From positions 736,001 to 800,000 of the forward strand of contig CAWDXG010000004.1 in the NCBI GenBank assembly GCA_963806225.1: 64,000 nt of DNA. Reading direction: 5' to 3'. Position 1 is the first letter of the stretch; every line of letters begins with the position of its first letter. A program made the position numbers and the translations under genes. Below, in pieces: positions 61,827-64,000 of this stretch. The DNA is from an uncultured delta proteobacterium. GTDB taxonomy: Bacteria > Myxococcota_A > Polyangia > Polyangiales > Polyangiaceae. The notes beneath the pieces are model-generated. The model ran no database searches. It was not told the origin of the DNA and saw nothing but the letters and a program-made list of their open reading frames with translations.

Positions 61827-63039
61827 CTACGCGAGGTTCGGCAGGGTCACGATGTCGACGTGCAGGACCTCGTCGTCGTAGGCCATGATTTCCGTGAGGC
61901 AGGCTTCCGACGGACGGGTATCGAGGCGGACCTTGGCGCAGGCGGCGCGGCCGCCCTCGAACACGGTGTTGTCGACCTCCTGGATGTTGATGCCGTGGCG
62001 CTTGAGCACGCCGAGCACAACGGCCAGAGCACCGACGCGATCACGGTGGCGCACCACGAGCTGGTAGCGGGCGCGCGAGGTGGCGGAGATGTTGACGACG
62101 TTCGGCACCTCGCCCTTGACGATGAAGCTCCTCAGGATGCGCACCGTCTCGTCGGCGATGGCGAGCTGGGCCTGGTCGGTGGAGGCGCCGATGTGCGGCG
62201 TGGCGTACACCAGACCGGCGTGCAGGATGGGATGGTCGTAGCTGCCCTCGCGCATCTCCGGCTCGCCGGGCAGCACGTCGAGGCCGACGCGCAGGTTCTT
62301 CTTCGGCGCGAGCTCGACCAGGGCGTCGTAGTCGCAGAGCTCGCTGCGCGCGGTGTTGACGAAGAACGCGCCGTTGGGCAAAGCCTCGATCACGCTGCGC
62401 GAGATGATGCCGCGCGTGCGCTCGCTGAGCTCGAGGTGCACCGTGAAGATGTCGGAGCGGCTCGCGAGCTCTTCCAGACTGCCGGCGCGGGAGATCCCGA
62501 GAATCGGCAGCGCGCGCGACCGTGAGCGAACGGCTCCAGGCGCGGGGCTCGAGGCCGTAGGCAACAGCCAGGCGCGCCACGGCGCGACCCACATGGCCGA
62601 GCCCGGCGATACCGAGGCGGCGGCCACGCAGCCCGACGGCCTGGGCGTACTCGTGTTTCTCCCAGCGTCCCGCGCGCAGGCTGTCGACGGCGTCGGGCAC
62701 GCGCCGGTCGAGGCAGCCGATCAGCGTGAAGGTCAGCTCGGCGACGCCGTAGGCGTTCTTGCCGGGGCAGTTGGCGACATAGACGCCGCGTTCGCTGGCG
62801 GCGTGGACGTCGATGTTGCTGACCCCCGCTCCGGCCCGGATGATCAGGTTCAGCGCCTCGGCCGACTCGATGGCCGGTCCAGACACCTCGGTGCCGCGCA
62901 CGACCAGCACGCCCACGCCCTCGAGCGCCCGCGGCAGCTGCTCGGGCTGCGTGTCCGGCTCGTACACCACCTCCACTCCGAGGGTCCGCATCTCGTCCAG
63001 GGCACCCTCGGAAAGCCTGTCGGCCACCAGCACTCGCAT
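61827..63039 (-). CDS. serA: D-3-phosphoglycerate dehydrogenase-like protein with C-terminal ACT domain; +1 frameshift at about 62502
   Basis: RAGAGVSNID, GLGHVG, then in a new frame NTARSE, LDV...EP, TPHIGAST and an ACT domain. Confidence 0.82.
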
Positions 63040-63084
63040 TGGCCGGTATTATTCCACGACGGCGCCCGACGCGGAATCCCTGCA

Positions 63085-63603
63085 CTACGCCGGGGGTGGG
63101 CGGGCGGGATGCGATCGACGCCCGATGGGGTAGCTCCGGCCTCCGAGGCGGAGCGCCGGCTCGCCGTCCTCGCCCTCGACCAGCAGCGGGCCGAGGGCCG
63201 TCTGGGCCGACGGCGTGAAGCGGGCGTCGAAGCTACCTCCCTTGACCTTGAGGTAGAGGGCGTCGCGCGCCCCCACTTCCAGCGTGGAGGCGTCGAGCGG
63301 CTCCTCGCTCCCGTCGGAGAGCTGGAGGACGGCTCGGTCCCCGTCGATGCGCAGCGACCGGACGAAGTACGGCACGTCGTCGACCGTAAAGTACGTCCAG
63401 TCGAAGCCGTTGGTCAGGATGTAGCGGCCATCGTCGGGATGGCGGGCGATCCAGGAGGCGAAAGCCCGCGCCATGCCGGAGTGCGCGACAGGCTCGCCGT
63501 CGTGCCAGAAGCGACCCTCCGCATCGAGGCGGATGCTGCTCTCCCGCGAGCGGCCCGGAGGCGGCGGGAAGCGGAAGAAGTCGGGGTGGTCGCCGGGCTT
63601 CAT
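63085..63603 (-). CDS. DUF1285-like hypothetical protein
   Basis: IRLDAEGRFWHDGEP...VDDVPYFV...LSDGSEEPL. Confidence 0.65.
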   Translation of the reverse strand: MKPGDHPDFFRFPPPPGRSRESSIRLDAEGRFWHDGEPVAHSGMARAFASWIARHPDDGRYILTNGFDWTYFTVDDVPYFVRSLRIDGDRAVLQLSDGSEEPLDASTLEVGARDALYLKVKGGSFDARFTPSAQTALGPLLVEGEDGEPALRLGGRSYPIGRRSHPARPPPA

Positions 63604-63655
63604 GGCCAGCGGGAACATTCGTGGCCGCCGCCGCGATGTCAACCGGCCCGGCCCG

Positions 63656-64000
63656 TCAGTCGACAGGGCCCGCGGGCACCCGGCCCGCCTCGATTTCGGT
63701 ACGCACCCGCTCGTCGAACGGTTGATCGAGCAGATCGGCGGTCTGCTGTTTCGTGCGGAACAGATCCACGATGAAGTCCATGCGCTGATCGAGGTCCGCC
63801 CAGTCGTGCGCCCCGGTCCCGGCTTCCGAGGCGAGGGAGGCGAGGTAGTGCTCGGCGAACGTGAGCAGCTCGGGCAGTGCGAGATCCACGAGCGGCGCAG
63901 GGAACTCCTGGCCCCGGCTCAGGGGCGGCATGTCGGCACCGAGGGATAGGCTCGCATGACCGGGCAGCGCCAACCGCATCAGGTAGTGCGTGGCGAACTG
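63656..64000 (-). CDS. Hypothetical protein, C-terminal part; 5' end outside the window
   Basis: Open frame to the window edge with GC-rich codon usage; DWADLDQRMDFIVDLFR. Confidence 0.6.
   Translation of the reverse strand, partial: QFATHYLMRLALPGHASLSLGADMPPLSRGQEFPAPLVDLALPELLTFAEHYLASLASEAGTGAHDWADLDQRMDFIVDLFRTKQQTADLLDQPFDERVRTEIEAGRVPAGPVD

Noticed and set aside
61153..61881. Repeat-protein ORFs (e.g. PDGIEMHARRAFLPSRT)
   Set aside because: They arise because the 51-bp period is a multiple of 3 and are open in several frames; the conserved property is DNA palindromy.

Overview
Very GC-rich bacterial DNA, most likely Myxococcota (Polyangiaceae-like). This is inferred from the MglA-like GTPase, Hanks kinase, PP2C-cNMP phosphatase, FGE-family lipoprotein and Gly-rich secreted proteins. 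Bases 1-48.9 kb are mixed accessory genes: yhaO/yhaN nuclease-ATPase, signalling genes, msrA, an Aur1-like PAP2 protein, frmA plus benzoate-CoA ligase, an arsR-acr3-arsC-arsM operon, an ogt-alkA fusion, oxyR and a GH36-like hydrolase. tRNA-Asn follows, and the core rimP-nusA-ylxRQ-infB-ylxP-rbfA operon lies at 54.7-61.2 kb. The best candidate for an undescribed system is at 30.0-43.1 kb: a tightly coupled operon (aldehyde dehydrogenase, GH3 amide ligase, myo-inositol-1-phosphate synthase, DegT aminotransferase, flippase-like membrane protein, GMC oxidoreductase) flanked by an MMPL exporter, a decayed P450 and a ceramide-synthase-like GNAT. It may make an amino-inositol lipid. Also notable are a tandem ATP-grasp pair with a CocE/NonD hydrolase, a 4 x 51 bp palindromic array and three +1 frameshifts in the same sequence context. 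All family calls come from recognising motifs by eye; no searches were run.
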